Source: Choristocarpus tenellus KU-1152 | Lineage: Eukaryota; Protista; Phaeophyceae | Assembly (NCBI GenBank): GCA_964200185.2 | Contig: CAXNAD020000012.1 | Location: forward strand, 1 to 48,456 | Length of the DNA: 48,456 nucleotides | Direction: 5' to 3' | Shown here: positions 1-13,345 of the stretch, in pieces | Layout of the letters: the number at the start of each line of letters is the position of its first letter | How positions within the stretch are numbered: position 1 is the stretch's first letter | Position numbers and translations under genes: made by a program | Notes under the pieces: model-generated | Database searches by the model: none | What the model saw: only the letters and a program-made list of their open reading frames with translations | What the model was told of the DNA's origin: nothing

Positions 1-148
1 TCAACAAGCGTAAGGTGTTGACAAGGTATTGTATAGAAAAATATAAAAGAGAAATAAAACTGACCTACAATGATGGAAAGTTGGTAAAAAATTGGAAGTG
101 GAATAACAGATGCATATTTTTATATGGTTGTGCATGTTGCAGTCTCAC

Positions 149-2339
149 CGGGTAAAGACACCTGTGGAGTCAATCCTTTCTACAACCACGAAGCCATCAT
201 CTCCTACAGAAGCCAAAAGAGAAGATGATCCATTTGCACATGTTGAAGTCGGGCAGAACAAGACCTCGTTTGTTCGTCCTGCATGTACATACTTGGAAGT
301 TGAGGGTATGTAGGAGTAAAGAGAGAGAATGTAAGCCTTTTTATCAAATAAAACTGCTACAGTCTGAACGTATATATATAGTCATCACCTACTGAAAGTA
401 CCACACCTTTTCCATATCATAGCTCTTACCTGCTTTTTCAAGGGTTCTGCAAGGTTCCTTATATCAAGCACTGCTGTACTCCCATCCTCTAATCCTGAGG
501 ACAAACACGTAAAAAATGTCAATCAATCACGCACATCATATACTGCATTTCTTCTCTAGAGGAAATGAGACAAATATTTCACATTAGATCCAAATAGAAT
601 ATAGACAAAACTCTTCAACATGTTTGTCATTGTGATAAAGAAAAAGCCCAGAGTACATGCAAATAGGAAAACTATCAGCTTCATATAAAAAGCGGGGTGC
701 TGTTGAGAAGTACACACACACACACCTAGGCCAACAAGATGCTGCTCAACCGGTTCCCATGCCAATGACAGGACAGGCATTCCCAACCTCTTGAAGCTTG
801 TGCATACACCATTAGTGATCCTCCTATCCCAGATCTTGACAGTGTGGTCCTGATAACTATCATCAGTGAGAATACAACTAGCAAGACATGCTCATGACCG
901 AAATGAACTTCTTTAAGCATGGCGGAGAAGTGATAGATTTCCCAAGACCCACCAATGAACCCTCATCCTACATACGTGACCCATGTACATGCATGACCCA
1001 ATAAGTGGTGTATTTGAAATTTCATTGAATTAAAATATCCGTTACTGACCATAAAAGTAAGGAAGATGAACACTTGTGTCAGACCCTTGTTCAACATTGA
1101 GAATGCTATGTTGATTGCTGCACTCAATATTGGCATACACCTACGAAGTGCGGAAAAATACACATACATTCCTTTTCACCTACCCACAAAACTCCTACAT
1201 ATTGGAGACGATAGGGGAAGATGAATCCAGGTCAAGCGTTACAAAAGTTTAATCACATGGACAACACTCACAATTGAAGATGATGCAAAAATATGAGTTT
1301 GTCCATTGTCAGGCTTCCACTGAACATCAGAAACCTTGCTGGTATGTCCTGCTCATGTTGAGACAAAAAAAATGGACAACCATGAAAAGATACACTGCTT
1401 TAGCATTAATGATTTGAAGGTCCATCAAACAAGAGCGAAAAATCATGGAAGGTACAGACCTCAAGCAGACCTATCATACAGCTGCTGCCCCTTTCTCCTT
1501 TCCGAGGCGAAATCTTTGAAATCACAGTTTCAGGGAGAATGAAAAACTCGACCACGCCCTACATTCACAATTATCGACAACAGGAGGGGAAACCTCGGCC
1601 CTCAGGCATTAAAAAAGTAATTCCTTTTGCTGAAAGCAGCATACCCGAGTAGGTATCCAAGGAATCCTCCCGACCGTTTAAGGCATCCCATATCTTGATG
1701 CTGTGTTTTTGCGTATTTGCAATATGGACAGGAGAAGGGGAAGGGAGGATGTAGTTATATTTGTGCTGTTGGTATCATTTAGTTATGTAACAACATCCAA
1801 ACGATGCCAACAGTTCACCTTCGGTCAGAACTGCCTGATATCACTAGACCAGATTCGCCATCCGTAGCATCCACAGCGGTGGTCATGTCATCGTGTTCAC
1901 CTAGAACCATGACCTCCACAATATCCTTGGGTGAATCCGCCTTCCATGTGCACACCTATCCGTACCAATAGGCAGCACCCCCATATCAGTCCCCGAGTCA
2001 TTGCAAGAAGGAAGAGGCCCAATTGCTACTACAGGAGTGAAGAGTCGAAAAAACGAGATGGTTTACAAGGTGGGATGGAACGATCCATGCACTCACCCTC
2101 ACGTCCCCGCTATCATCTGCACATATCACCCTGGTTCCATGTCCGCCCCAGCAGATGTCGGCACTGCCACAAGTACCTGGAAGAGATGCCACCGCCTTCC
2201 CTGAAGTAATATCCACGGCGGTCAAGCATCCATCCCATACATTGCCCTCCAGGGTCGAGGTTGCAACCATAAGCAAACCATCCCACACAGCTACAGCATC
2301 AATCCGGCCGTCAACTTCAACAGAGGTAAGAGGTTTCAT
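149..2339 (-). CDS. WD40-repeat protein, MEP50/WDR77-like (methylosome subunit); multi-exon, 3' end outside window
   Basis: Hand-spliced GT-AG exons with consistent phase: 2339-2097, 1955-1819, 1700-1645, 1348-1272, 849-726, 494-430, 291-~149. Translation MKPLTSVEVDGRIDAV...ATSTLEGNVWDGCL...CGSADICW...ADDSGDVR|VCTW...LGEHDDMTTAVD...SGSSDRSIKIWDA...GHTSKVSDVQW...ASSSIDHTVKIWDRR...SLAWEP...GLEDGSTAVLDIRN...HAGRTNEVLF...ASVGDDG. WD repeats are clear. The S-L-G-W-G, DSGxV and EHDD motifs match my recollection of MEP50, so orthology is inferred. Confidence 0.85.
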
Positions 2340-2781
2340 TATCTTGCTCTTTTGCGAGTAGATCGATTCACCAGAAGGGGCTAGAGAGTGTTTGAGCTGC
2401 ATGGACAACAGAAGATGTTTAAGGTTGATTTTGGGTACTACACACTTAACTTACATCTTTACAACAGTATGGTTATTGGAGTGTATTCCCTTCATGAAAA
2501 GTAGACTTTTTTGTTTTTTCTTAATTTGCTATTTGTTTCAATTTGATGAATTCACTGAAGTTGTGCGGTTTGTAGTAATGAGTAGAATCTCTGCAGTAGT
2601 GTCTCTATGATCACGTGGTTTATTCATAGGACCACGGAGGGAATGACTAGCCAAGACGACCCAAGATGAACTGTAAGCGAGAGGACAACGTAGGGTTGAA
2701 CAAGGACAAATAGTGTGAAGGTGGACTATATCACGATTCAGTTAGGTTGCCCTTAAAGAGATCCCTCAGAGTCGCTATTGT

Positions 2782-3520
2782 AGAACCATAGTTTTTCACA
2801 TTTACGACAACTGCTACCTTTATAAGGGTCCTAATGATATTGAATTGACTTTTCCCCTGACACATCTGCACAATGCCAGAGGGCATAATATTGTGTATTT
2901 TATTTTTATGACCTCTGACATTTTCCAGATGTGTCAGGGAAAAACCAATGAAAACTATTCATAAGTCAGAAAAATCCCCCCAAAAGTAACAGTTTTCATA
3001 AATGTGAAAACCATTGATCTGTTTACGATTTTGCTACCAGCTATGCTGTACCACTGCCTTCCTGTGTCTTCAACCTAGCTTAGTCCTGCACCCCAGGGTA
3101 AGGACCTAGGAAACCATCACAATAATCTAACAGGCCCCTCCTTGTATTATATATCTATGTTTCCAAATAACCGTCACTGCACAACAGGTTACCCTCACAA
3201 AGCGAGTATGTGTTTCAAGGTGGAGACACCAGTCAGGTGGGCAAGAAGGGGCCTGTCAGGTTGTTGGGATGCCTCTCTAACTCGTCGTCCACTTTCGCAG
3301 GGCTAAGCTAAGTTAGAAGCATGACAGAGTACACATCGCTTTGTAAATATGTTCAAGGGGGAGCATTGTTGTATTACTAGTTTTCAAATAGAAAATATTT
3401 TATTAGAGAGGTATCTTTCACAATAACAATTGTTATTTTACAGCAACCCTTGTGATATAGTTTTGTTTGTTCACTGATATATCTACAGAATGTCAGAGGG
3501 TATCACAATAAAAAAAATAG
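2782..3520. repeat. Three adjacent copies of a dispersed ~300-bp repeat in alternating orientation (-,+,-), forming two overlapping inverted repeats
   Basis: 2782-2890 is the reverse complement of ~2905-3020 (core ccctgacacatctg / cagatgtgtcaggg). ~3060-3145 is the reverse complement of ~3240-3330. 3215-3520 reverse-complemented aligns along its length with 10400-10705. Confidence 0.75.
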
Positions 3521-6049
3521 TACAGTCATATTTTGGGTAGGTAGGTGTCTTACCGTTCACAACAACAACTACTATTACGAAAGATGTGACACAACAAAAA
3601 CATTTCTTTCTTGGAATTTTTTTGCATTTGTAGATTACATGTGTGTAATGTAGTGTGAGCGCTTAACAGACAATACATCCAAAGCACCCCATCATGGCTG
3701 TGAAGTATAATACTCCAGGTGAAAGAATCAAATTTCATTTGCAGTCTAGGAACCAATTGAAGTGAGAATGTCAAAACAGCATCAATGCACCAGTGTCAAA
3801 CTATCCCAATACAACAGATTACACTCACACACTGAGATGCAAACTAGTCATGGTCGCCCAAACAACTGGAAATCCAGTCTTACCTTACAATAGGCTATCC
3901 AAAAGGCAGTTTCATGGGAATTTCTATATCCCTGAGTGCATTCACAGAGCAAACAATCTCCATAACTGAAGTCAACACACCCACCACATCCATCTAGCAA
4001 GTGCAGCAAATGCTATCTATGGATTACTTAACATGAAAAGAATTGTATTACCCTGTAAAAAGAACATTTATCTCTTACAATTTGAGCAAACTCGGTGCAA
4101 CCAATCACTTGTTTTCTATGATGAGCAAGGTGATCAGATTCTCAAGACAGCGGCCCATCCAATTCAGGCAGCAATCTGCTCCTACTAGTGTTGTATTACA
4201 GTGTCCCTTGCAATATGGTTCCAGTCAGTTTTGTTTGGTTTTTCCCTGACAAATCTGCAAAGGTCACAGTTTATAGTAGTATGATGAACAACCTTGCTTG
4301 GACAGAATGCTGGTTTCCAGAATCCAAAGTCCATGCGACAATAAGCGATATGGATTATACATCTATCTCTATGATCTTATCTGTCCAAGAATGAGGTGGC
4401 AAGGCTTCATTGCCAAGAGATGGATGCCAAGTAAGATCCAGCACAAGATTCGAGGCAGGAGGTGGAGAGATGAGCTGTTGGATGGCTGAACGAAATATGT
4501 GAAAAGCAACACATGAAAGGAGGCAGTACAGTCGAACAATAGTGCGATATTTAGTTACAGTTAGTTTGCATGAAAAGTATTGGTGTGTGTAGTCCCTCTG
4601 ACCACAGGTCGGGATAGTCCCAAGGTCAAAGTGAAGATTGTCATAGTTAAGTCTTTTTATTAATTCTATTTTTGCTTTCTGCATTTCTTAGAACTTTTTT
4701 ACCAACAGTTAACCGAACTGGCTGACTGGATGGACCATGACCGTGCACCAGCCTGGTCAAAATCTCTTGACTTGCTGTAACCGGTCCAGTTGAAATGTTC
4801 TTGGAAGTATTTCATTGGGAACATCTTCCGGCTGAAATTTCTCATGGTCCTGAAGTGGTCCTCTTAAAAAATATTATTGTAGGGTCATTCTGACACCTGA
4901 TGTGGTTCAAATATCTGATGCAATCCTGGATAAGATGGATAGTTAGCTGGACTCACCCTTTGGATAAGATCGGTCAGATCTGCCTGTTCAGAAATGTGTA
5001 GAAGATCCCCCCATTGCCTCAAACACACAACGGGGAACAATAAAAAACCCTTCAGATTTAGACATTTTCATTGTTACAATATGATTAGGCTTGTGCTGAC
5101 TGGGTATGTCCTGTACCATATTATTATGTGTGGCTCGCAGTCTAATCTGGTTGACACTCTAGGTAACAACTACTTCAAAGTACCACGACAGCAAATGTCC
5201 TATCAAATTCTGAAGCAACTGCAGAAGTCGTCTCTATCAAAAGCGTAGCTTGTGTGAACTTATTATTCAAAATACAATGCTTACAACTTCAAAGCAGGAA
5301 TAAATCCCAAAACCTATGAAAAAATATATACTTCTAGCGCATGCTGGCTTTGGTTGGTATCATGCACAATATTATCCACTTTTGTGCTCATTAACCATCT
5401 TGTACATTATCATCATTGTGAGGGACCTGGGGACCAAGCATGTAGGCAAGCATATATAGACCTGCCTATTGCTAGGTACATGCTTCTCAGTACATATATA
5501 TTTGCTTCTCAAGTTCACCTCTTCCTTATGCCAATATTCAGTCAGCACTGAACCCTATGATCAAAAATAGTCTAGTACATGCACATGCTCTGATTCAAGT
5601 CAACCCTTCATTACAATCATATATCACTACCTGTCCTTAATGAGGCAATGGGTTCATGTATAGTGTTATTGCATGTGACTGAGTGGTACAAGTTCCCAAG
5701 CAGCAACTTTTGTCCGTATGATTGTCGGTCATGATCTGTTCTCCTTTCCTCTGCTTACCCTTCAATGAAGCAAACGGTCAACTCACCATTTCTCTACTTG
5801 TGATACCACACAATAATAGTGTGCAAACATTAAGATGACAGGGTACATTAATGACCAGCCCTGCCAATTCGCCATCCATATGTTGAATGAATAACTCCCT
5901 CATGTTCTTTTTACAAAAGGGTGGTATCTTACCACCAAGGAAACACAAACAGTTATTATTGTAGGTGGCTTCCTTGGTCTAGTAATATATTGATTTGCAC
6001 ATATTAGTTTGATGATTGATGCTACAACAAATCAAAAATTGGCTGATGT

Positions 6050-6442
6050 TGTCATGGAGAAGAAGCAACATACAACATGCTTGGATTCATATCCTACAGA
6101 AAGAGGGCAAATAGAGAAAAAAATGTATTCAAAACCAGAGATGCAACATACAGCAATTAGAAAAAATGCTGGGGCTCTTCACCATGCCGGGTATAATACA
6201 TGACAGGACTGGACCGCAGGCCCTTCTCAGTGGAATGTGTAGGTGTTGTCAAGGAAAAGATGGAACACACAACCTACTTGGATCCAATATTATTCTTACT
6301 GAAAGAGAGCAGAAAAAAGAAAAAAAAATGTATCTGACCAAATCCAGAGATGCAAAATATAGAACTTAGAAAAATTCCTGGGGCTTTTCACCATACCAGG
6401 TATACGTGACAATACTGGACTGTGGGTCTATCTCGGCGGAAA
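6050..6442 (+). repeat. Degenerate ~195-bp direct tandem duplication
   Basis: 6050-6235 and 6245-6442 share colinear blocks (cttggat, gaaagag, aaaaaatgtat, ccagagatgcaa, ttagaaaaa, ctggggct.ttcaccat.cc.ggtata, actggac). Confidence 0.7.
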
Positions 6443-7329
6443 GTTTTTATTGGGATCCAGGGTCACCAGAAATTTTAACCAGACTGGGTTGGGGGGTCAA
6501 TTGTGAAAGGTGTTCAAACAGAGTCAGTTCAAGGCACCTACATGTCATTATTCGACAGTATGTCCCCTGCTACGCAACCTGAGCTGTCCTCACTAGATGT
6601 TAATGTTAGAGAGAGGCACAACTTATAACGGTCACGACTCAAACAATTTGTAGTAACGAGACATCAATTGAGACAGGGCTATGAACCGATTTTTCCTGAC
6701 TACAATGCTGGAAATGAAGATGGAAAAACAATGGGCTATATATATGTATGCCATATCTGGCAAGCATATTCTAGGTATTACAGTACAACGTACTATACAC
6801 AGAGACATAAATTAAATTGAAGACGAAGGGTTGTCCCAGTGTATCTGCCACACCTTCACATGCGCTCTGCCCTGTGGATATCCATTCAGTCCCCACAAAC
6901 AACTTCTGTCCTACAATTTGCAGGATATGCCACCCTTTCTGATAGCACAAAGTACACCTGCAAAACAAACATGTAATGCATTGTCCTAGGTGCATGACAA
7001 CTACCAACCTATAGACTCACCCAATGTATCCTAAAAAGAGAGGGTTGTAGATGGGGCACTTTTAGTGGGGTTGGAAGTCTCATTTAATTCTTTTGAAATA
7101 GTCCAGAATTGAAACAAGTTCACATTGACAAATTAACCTTTTTTGTGGGTTTGTGAGTGACAGGGGCATTTGATGTGCACTGAGACAGGAAGAGAAAGGG
7201 GAAGTAGTACATATATATGGGAAAAACGACTATCAATTGGTTCTTGTGTATGTGTTCATTTTGGGATGAGGTGAAGGTGTGGTAGGATGGGGTCAAAGAT
7301 GGTGGCAGGCACAGGATGATTCAATCTAA

Positions 7330-7588
7330 GAGTGAAAGTATCTTAGAGGGTATGAGTTTTGCCTTGTTTGTCCATTTGGGGGTTAGCTTCCCATAGGTTA
7401 TTTTATGACATTTTCCAGCTCCAAAAAGTTTTGGAGTAGGTAAAATGTGCGTGTTATGAAAGGTAATGTCTGGAACAAGGATATTAACACTTCTTGACAA
7501 ACACGATAGCCAAAATTACATCAAAGTTGCAACATTGGATTTTGGTCCACAAACGGATGCGGCTCTACCATCTAAGATACTTTGACTC
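7330..7588. mobile_element. PIF/Harbinger (Tourist-like) MITE, family 1
   Basis: TIRs gagtgaaagtatcttagagggta / taccatctaagatactttgactc, 3-bp TSD TAA (7327-7329, 7589-7591), 259 bp. An inverted homologous copy lies at 44937-45195. Confidence 0.85.
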
Positions 7589-10399
7589 TAACCTAGTTAC
7601 AGAGATGGACACCCAATTTACGTGGGAATTGCAAAGAGATTGTGTCACTTTGGTATGACCATCCACAATCATGTTGGCAAACAACACCATCGGTATGGTG
7701 GGACCAAGTCAAATGCAAGTAAACATGTTACAATAACTAGTGAATGCTAACGATTACAGTGAGGTTCCAGTGGGTACGTGAGCAGTACAAAATTACCACT
7801 GCAGTGGTTCTTAGTGGTGATGGCTACTCTGCATTGCAGACCATCATTTGTGGCATTTATACTTTGGATGGATTTGCATTTGAGGAATGTGGTGGGTGAC
7901 AGGACATGATGTAGCTCTTCACCACTCCATTCTACTGTTGGAGTTGGAGCCCACTCTATGGTATAAGAACAATAATTGAGGCAGATATCAATATCCGCTT
8001 TCAATTCTTCACAACTATGGAAACCATAGTATGAGATAGTGTACTACAAGACACAAATATGTGTGGATAGTGTGTGTTTCCATGTGTTTCTTTGCCATGG
8101 GAGTGTGTTGGCACCTTGTTCATTGGCAATCCCACTAAGACTCCTTTATATAAATGGGTCATGATTTGTTCCTCCAGATACTTTCAATGTACAGTATGGT
8201 GTTCTAACAACATCATGTGTGTATATGTTCACCCAAATGGACAGGTACAGGTACAGGTAGGCGAGTAAAGAGTACACAGCATGTAGAGAAACATATCAAC
8301 TGTCACTCCCAGACAATGTAACATTTGTGTGGATAGGAAGCCACCCTTAGTTAAGAAGAACAGCGAGGACATTTATTATTATGGGCTTGAGTTCGCCCAG
8401 AAAGAGATTTCACCCTTTTCATTTGTTCATGTGATATTCTGTACATTCTCACAACTCACAATTATGGCACTATCTGCACAATCCATTGTGATAAATGAAT
8501 AGCAGAGGCAGGTAGGTCACTGTGAAGACATTGTCAGTTGTTGCAACTAAGTGTAATTTTGGTTAGCTTACTATAGTCAACCCTCTGGCAACTTACTAAA
8601 CAAGACCGTAAAAAGTACCCTCCCTCAACCAAATTCGTGCATGTGAGATATCCACAGATGTGGGAGTTCTTCTTTGATTCCCTACCACCCTACTCCCTAC
8701 ATCCAACTCACCCTCACATACCGCCCTATCAACTGGTGTATATACTGTACCATGTGTACCATATCTGACAGGCACTCCCACACAGCAGCCAAGCCAACAG
8801 CACCCTGACCACGTAGAAGGCCACCTCATCCAATCTATGACAACCAATTTCTTGCTGCTACTGCTTTCTTGTAATTGACCATAGTAATATTGTATGGTAC
8901 ATTTATAAACTTGATGGCGAAGTAATATTAGTTCAAGAGCACATATATCGTGTGTTGTCATGGACATGTGTTCCTTGTTTTGGTGTAGCTTCATACGCTC
9001 CTCCTGTTTGAATCTGTTCCACAGTAGTGCAATTTGATGATGTATTGTTATCCAACGCTATTACTATTAATGGGCTTCAATTGGGAAGTGATACTGAGGC
9101 AAGCACTTAGCAAGATTTGAGGGAGGACTAGCAGAACAATGAGTGGTGCAATGGCTGAATCAAATGCACCAGAGGCAACAAAGCAAAGCATGCACAGGGC
9201 AGTGCAATTATTCTTACAATTACACCTCAATAGTAGCCAGTTTGTAGTCAGTTAGAAGTAGCGCTGTGTAGTGACTCCGACCACATGTTGGGTTAGTCTC
9301 CAGAGCAAAGTGAATGCAGATATGAATAAAGAGCCATAACAACAAATCCATCACACAAGGCAGGTATGGATGGGGTGCAGTGTGTCAAATTTGTGGGGGG
9401 TGGGCAGGTCAAACGATTGATATCACCTTGACACTTTTCTTACACAATAGATTGAGCAACTCTCATGACATGGTGCCGTGCAGGGTACGAAGAAGATAAT
9501 CAGATTCTCAATCTATGTGGGCAGAAAGGCAGTACGGAAACAGAGATTATACTGGGTGCAGATGACCTCCGTTTGAGTGATGACAGAAGCTTGGAGAACA
9601 TGATCCTCAACAGGAGAATGATGTAAATTGGATGTTGAAATGGATGGGGTGTGTGGTTACTGTACGCACAGTGTATCAGTTTTTCTACTTAGAGATGTAC
9701 TACTAGTACTATATACATACCACCTGTAGTATTACTATTTTATGCCCAATTTTATCTTCTAGTTGTCATGGATATACAAGGCATAGAATATAATAAAAAA
9801 AGAAGTTTAAAACATATTCAGACTCTGATTCAACATATTACTTCTTCGCCACTGACATTTTTCAGATGTTGTCTTGGGGGACAATAAAAAAATACAACAC
9901 CACAGACAGGCACTGGGCGTCTTGTATTGTTTCTGTATCATAATTGGTGTGCGCAGTGTGGGCAGTGTGGGCAGTGTGGGCAACTTCTTCAGTGTACTCG
10001 AAGTATAGGTTGTTGCCTCACTTTTTTCTGTAGGAATTACCATTAATATCTTGATCCTGCTTAGGTAGGCTAGACCTGTGGTTGGGGGCACTACACCTGA
10101 TTGCACTGCTTCTCGTTATCTACGAAGTAACTCTTGCATTACGCCCAATTGCAATACCCCGTACGTGCCTTATTTTTTCGCATTTTGGATGCAGTCATCT
10201 CACCACCCCTTGGTTCACCTCCCAAATTGAGTACACTCTGCCAACAATGATTCTTTCCCACGCAAATTGCAGCCCGATTAAGATTTTCCCTTTCCTTTGG
10301 GTGGTTTATGTATAGCACAAGATGGTAAGGTATAGTTGTACCTTCCTGATACATATACTTGTCACGTCATCAAATTAAAATATAATCTGATCTCAACCC

Positions 10400-10705
10400 A
10401 CCATTTATTGTCATGCCCTTTGACATTTCACAGATGTATCAGGGAAAACCAAAACTGTGTCACAAGGACTACTGTAATAATAATATTGTTGTCGATGCTA
10501 CAACACCTCTCTAAGAAATATTATTTGAAAACTAACAATACAACATTATCCCCTTAAAGATTGGTAAGAGTTCAAAGTAATGTATACACTGTTATGCTTC
10601 AACATAGCTTAGCCATATGAAGGTGGGTGACGATCTAGGGAAGCGTCTCAAGAATCTATGAGGGTCCTTCTTGCCCACCAGCCTGGTGTCTCTAGGTTAT
10701 CAAAC
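10400..10705 (+). repeat. Dispersed ~300-bp repeat copy (same family as 2782-3520)
   Basis: Colinear with the reverse complement of 3215-3520 (tgacatt..cagat.tatcag...cacaagg...cctctctaa...tttgaaaacta..aatacaaca...atgcttc..tagcttagcc...ccttcttgcccacc...ctggtgtctc). Short 5'-end pieces also occur near 9852 and 43128. Confidence 0.75.
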
Positions 10706-12402
10706 GTACAACATCAGGTATAGCGTTCTGTGATGTGACTGGATAAATGATGCCTCCAAGCCATTGGTACCCTGAAGTTGAGTTTGGATTTATTTGATCG
10801 GTGAGCACAGAAGAAGATAGGAATTTGTTGACTGAATAGACTGTTCCATGAAACACCAGGTGGTGTTGTTTGTTGAAGAAGATAAAGTTTATTCATCCTT
10901 TTTTGTGTTTTAATAAATCCTCATTTGTCTTCAGTCACCCCTAGGATAAGGCTAGGAGTGGCTCTATTACTAACTTAATGTTCTACCAGAATCTACTGAG
11001 TGAGAACTTGTTCTTGGGTTGACCTTGGTCTGGCCTTTCTTTTCTGTCGGTTCTTGAGTTTCATTATAGTAGTGATGAGAAACTGGAGTAAGGATGGTTG
11101 TTTTTTTGCAGACCTGTGAATATATGGATTTCTTTGTGGGTGTGTCTTAGACCTACTTGCTACTTGGCATTCCTTGTACCCAATGCCACATCCAGGGTGG
11201 ATAAGAATTTTCCAGGGTTATTTGACTGGGTTTACACAATATACCCTTGGCCCTTCCTTGGTGACTGATAGTCTAGCGCTGTTTTCCCTGTGTTTGTACT
11301 CACTGTTCTCAGTGCAATGAGGTAGGTAGGTCCCTTGTGACATACCAGAAAGTGAGATTTAGGTTGTCATTTTGATGAATACTATTTTTGGGATCCACTT
11401 CCTACCACTCAAGATGGACAATGTGAGGGTGCCGTTTAAGGTGTATGTGGGGGCATGGGGGTTAGACATTCCCTCTAATCGAACCTTCCAGATGTGGTAC
11501 AGGTTGGTGGTGGAAGGTGTGAGATCCAAGGGGTCAAGGTGGGAGTGTGACCTGCGATCTATTTGTGTTTGGTTTGTATCTGTGCCTCAGAATTACAACT
11601 TGTGGTAAAGATGCTCCTTTCTCTCCTTGGTGTCCCTTGTTAAAACACAGGCTATTTTCTCCTTAGTTCACAGATGCAGTCTATTATCACCAACCAGTGT
11701 TGACTGTTGATTCGTCCACTATTACTGGTTGCTTAACGTGTCAGAACTTAGATAGCACATGTACTGCTTCATACAGTATGCGAGCGACTCACTATTGCAG
11801 CATGTGTAGCTATCGTACACTTGATCCCTGGAATTTATCGACATTATTCAACAGATAAACTAAGTGTGTTACACATACGAGTTGACTCAGAGTTAGATTA
11901 ATGCATTTTTTATTTTTCCTCACAGAAGGAATAACTGTGATGCCTGATTTTTTTTTTTCTCCTTGGTATCACCCCCACTTAGACGAATTCACTTTGCACT
12001 AAGTGTACCCGATACAAAACTGTATGAGATACATTCAGAGAGAGATACATTCAGAGTTAATACACCTACAACCTTTGTTCACAAGGCAACAAACCTCTAC
12101 TCAGAGCACGCATCACTTCCTTTAAACACACTGCAGAACAGGGCGCCACATTCCAGTATTCAATCAGACTCTACACAGAACATGTCACGAGATTCATGAC
12201 ATCGAATTCATCAGTGCTTCAGTGCACTAGGTCACCTCTTTGCATACAAGACTTCAAGCTTCTACACAGAGCACATCATGTGAACCAACGATCCATGCAA
12301 GTCAAGGTTTAACATATTATTAGCCTTCTACACTTGACCGACTCACTCAACCTTGCCCTGAACTATCCCCTGGTGTAGTCAAGCTCTTGCCATCATCATA
12401 TA

Positions 12403-13345
12403 ATGAACCCTCAAACACTCATCTTCTCTGGTGACGAATCTGCCTGGGACACCTTCAAACTAGACTTTGTATGGATACTGAGATGTGTGGTGCCTCAGGC
12501 CCACCGTGTCCTAGTCCAATCCAACCCACATACTCTTACCACCACAGATGCTACGGCTGTGTAAACGCTCAACACACTTCCTGATGCCACCTCACCAACA
12601 TCTAGCGACACCACACATACCTACACCAAAGATAATGATCAGCTCTTTGGTATCCTAATTGTAACCTGCCAAGGACCACCAAAAAGCCTTCTCCACGGCC
12701 TCCAGCACTGGGACAAGACCACATAAAATTATGGACTTTCGGCCTGGCATGCGCTCAAGAACAAGTGTGGTCGGTACAGAGCAGAGGATGCGCACTGTTG
12801 CTTGCCGTTCTGAGCAACGCACAGTGGAACCTAGAGAGGATCCTGACCAGTGGCTGCTTCATCATTACAGGGCTAAGGCTGAACTTGAAGGGTTTGGCAA
12901 GACCTTCAGCGACTTCCACATGTGCGCAAGGCTATCATCTCTGGACTCTTTTCTGACTATGATACCCTACAGAGCCAACTACACTTCAACTTGGACTTCG
13001 CCGCTGGGTCCCTCATCTCAGCGATCCAGGCTGCCCTCAACAATGACCTACCTCGATCTTCCTGATCCAGCTCCTGATGGAATGCCCAATGTTGCTCTCA
13101 CTGCCAAGGCCCATATATGTCACCACTGCTGCCAATGTTACCAGTACCTGCACCAATGCCCCACATGTCATATCGCCCAACCCACACCGTCTGAGCCCCC
13201 TCATGGCTCCCAGTGCTTCTATCAACTTGTCCCAACCCACACTGATCAAGAATGCTGCACACAGTGCCACCAGTTTCCTAACCACTGGCTCAACCTTCTC
13301 CTGCACCTCCTGTTACTGTCACAGCTCACTCCACCACTTCAGTAA
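12403..13345 (+). pseudogene. Decayed Ty1/copia gag relic (different family from the main one)
   Basis: From ATG 12403: MNPQTLIFSGDESAWDTFKLDF...DNDQLFGILIVTCQGPPKSLL...GLSAWHALKNK, frameshift, ...REDPDQWLLHHYRAKAELEGFGKTFSD. This is a UBN2-type copia gag pattern with stops. A possible degenerate LTR end and PBS (ttaaca-tattattagcc) lies at ~12309-12325. Confidence 0.6.

Noticed and set aside
9945-9983. 9-bp repeat (gcagtgtgg) encoding LPTLPTLPT
   Set aside because: Short simple repeat in an ORF with no other coding evidence.
12731-13345. 204-aa ORF with a Cys/His-rich tail as a host zinc-finger gene
   Set aside because: The first half is frameshifted copia gag. The Cys/His/Gln richness reflects an off-frame reading of CA-rich decayed sequence.
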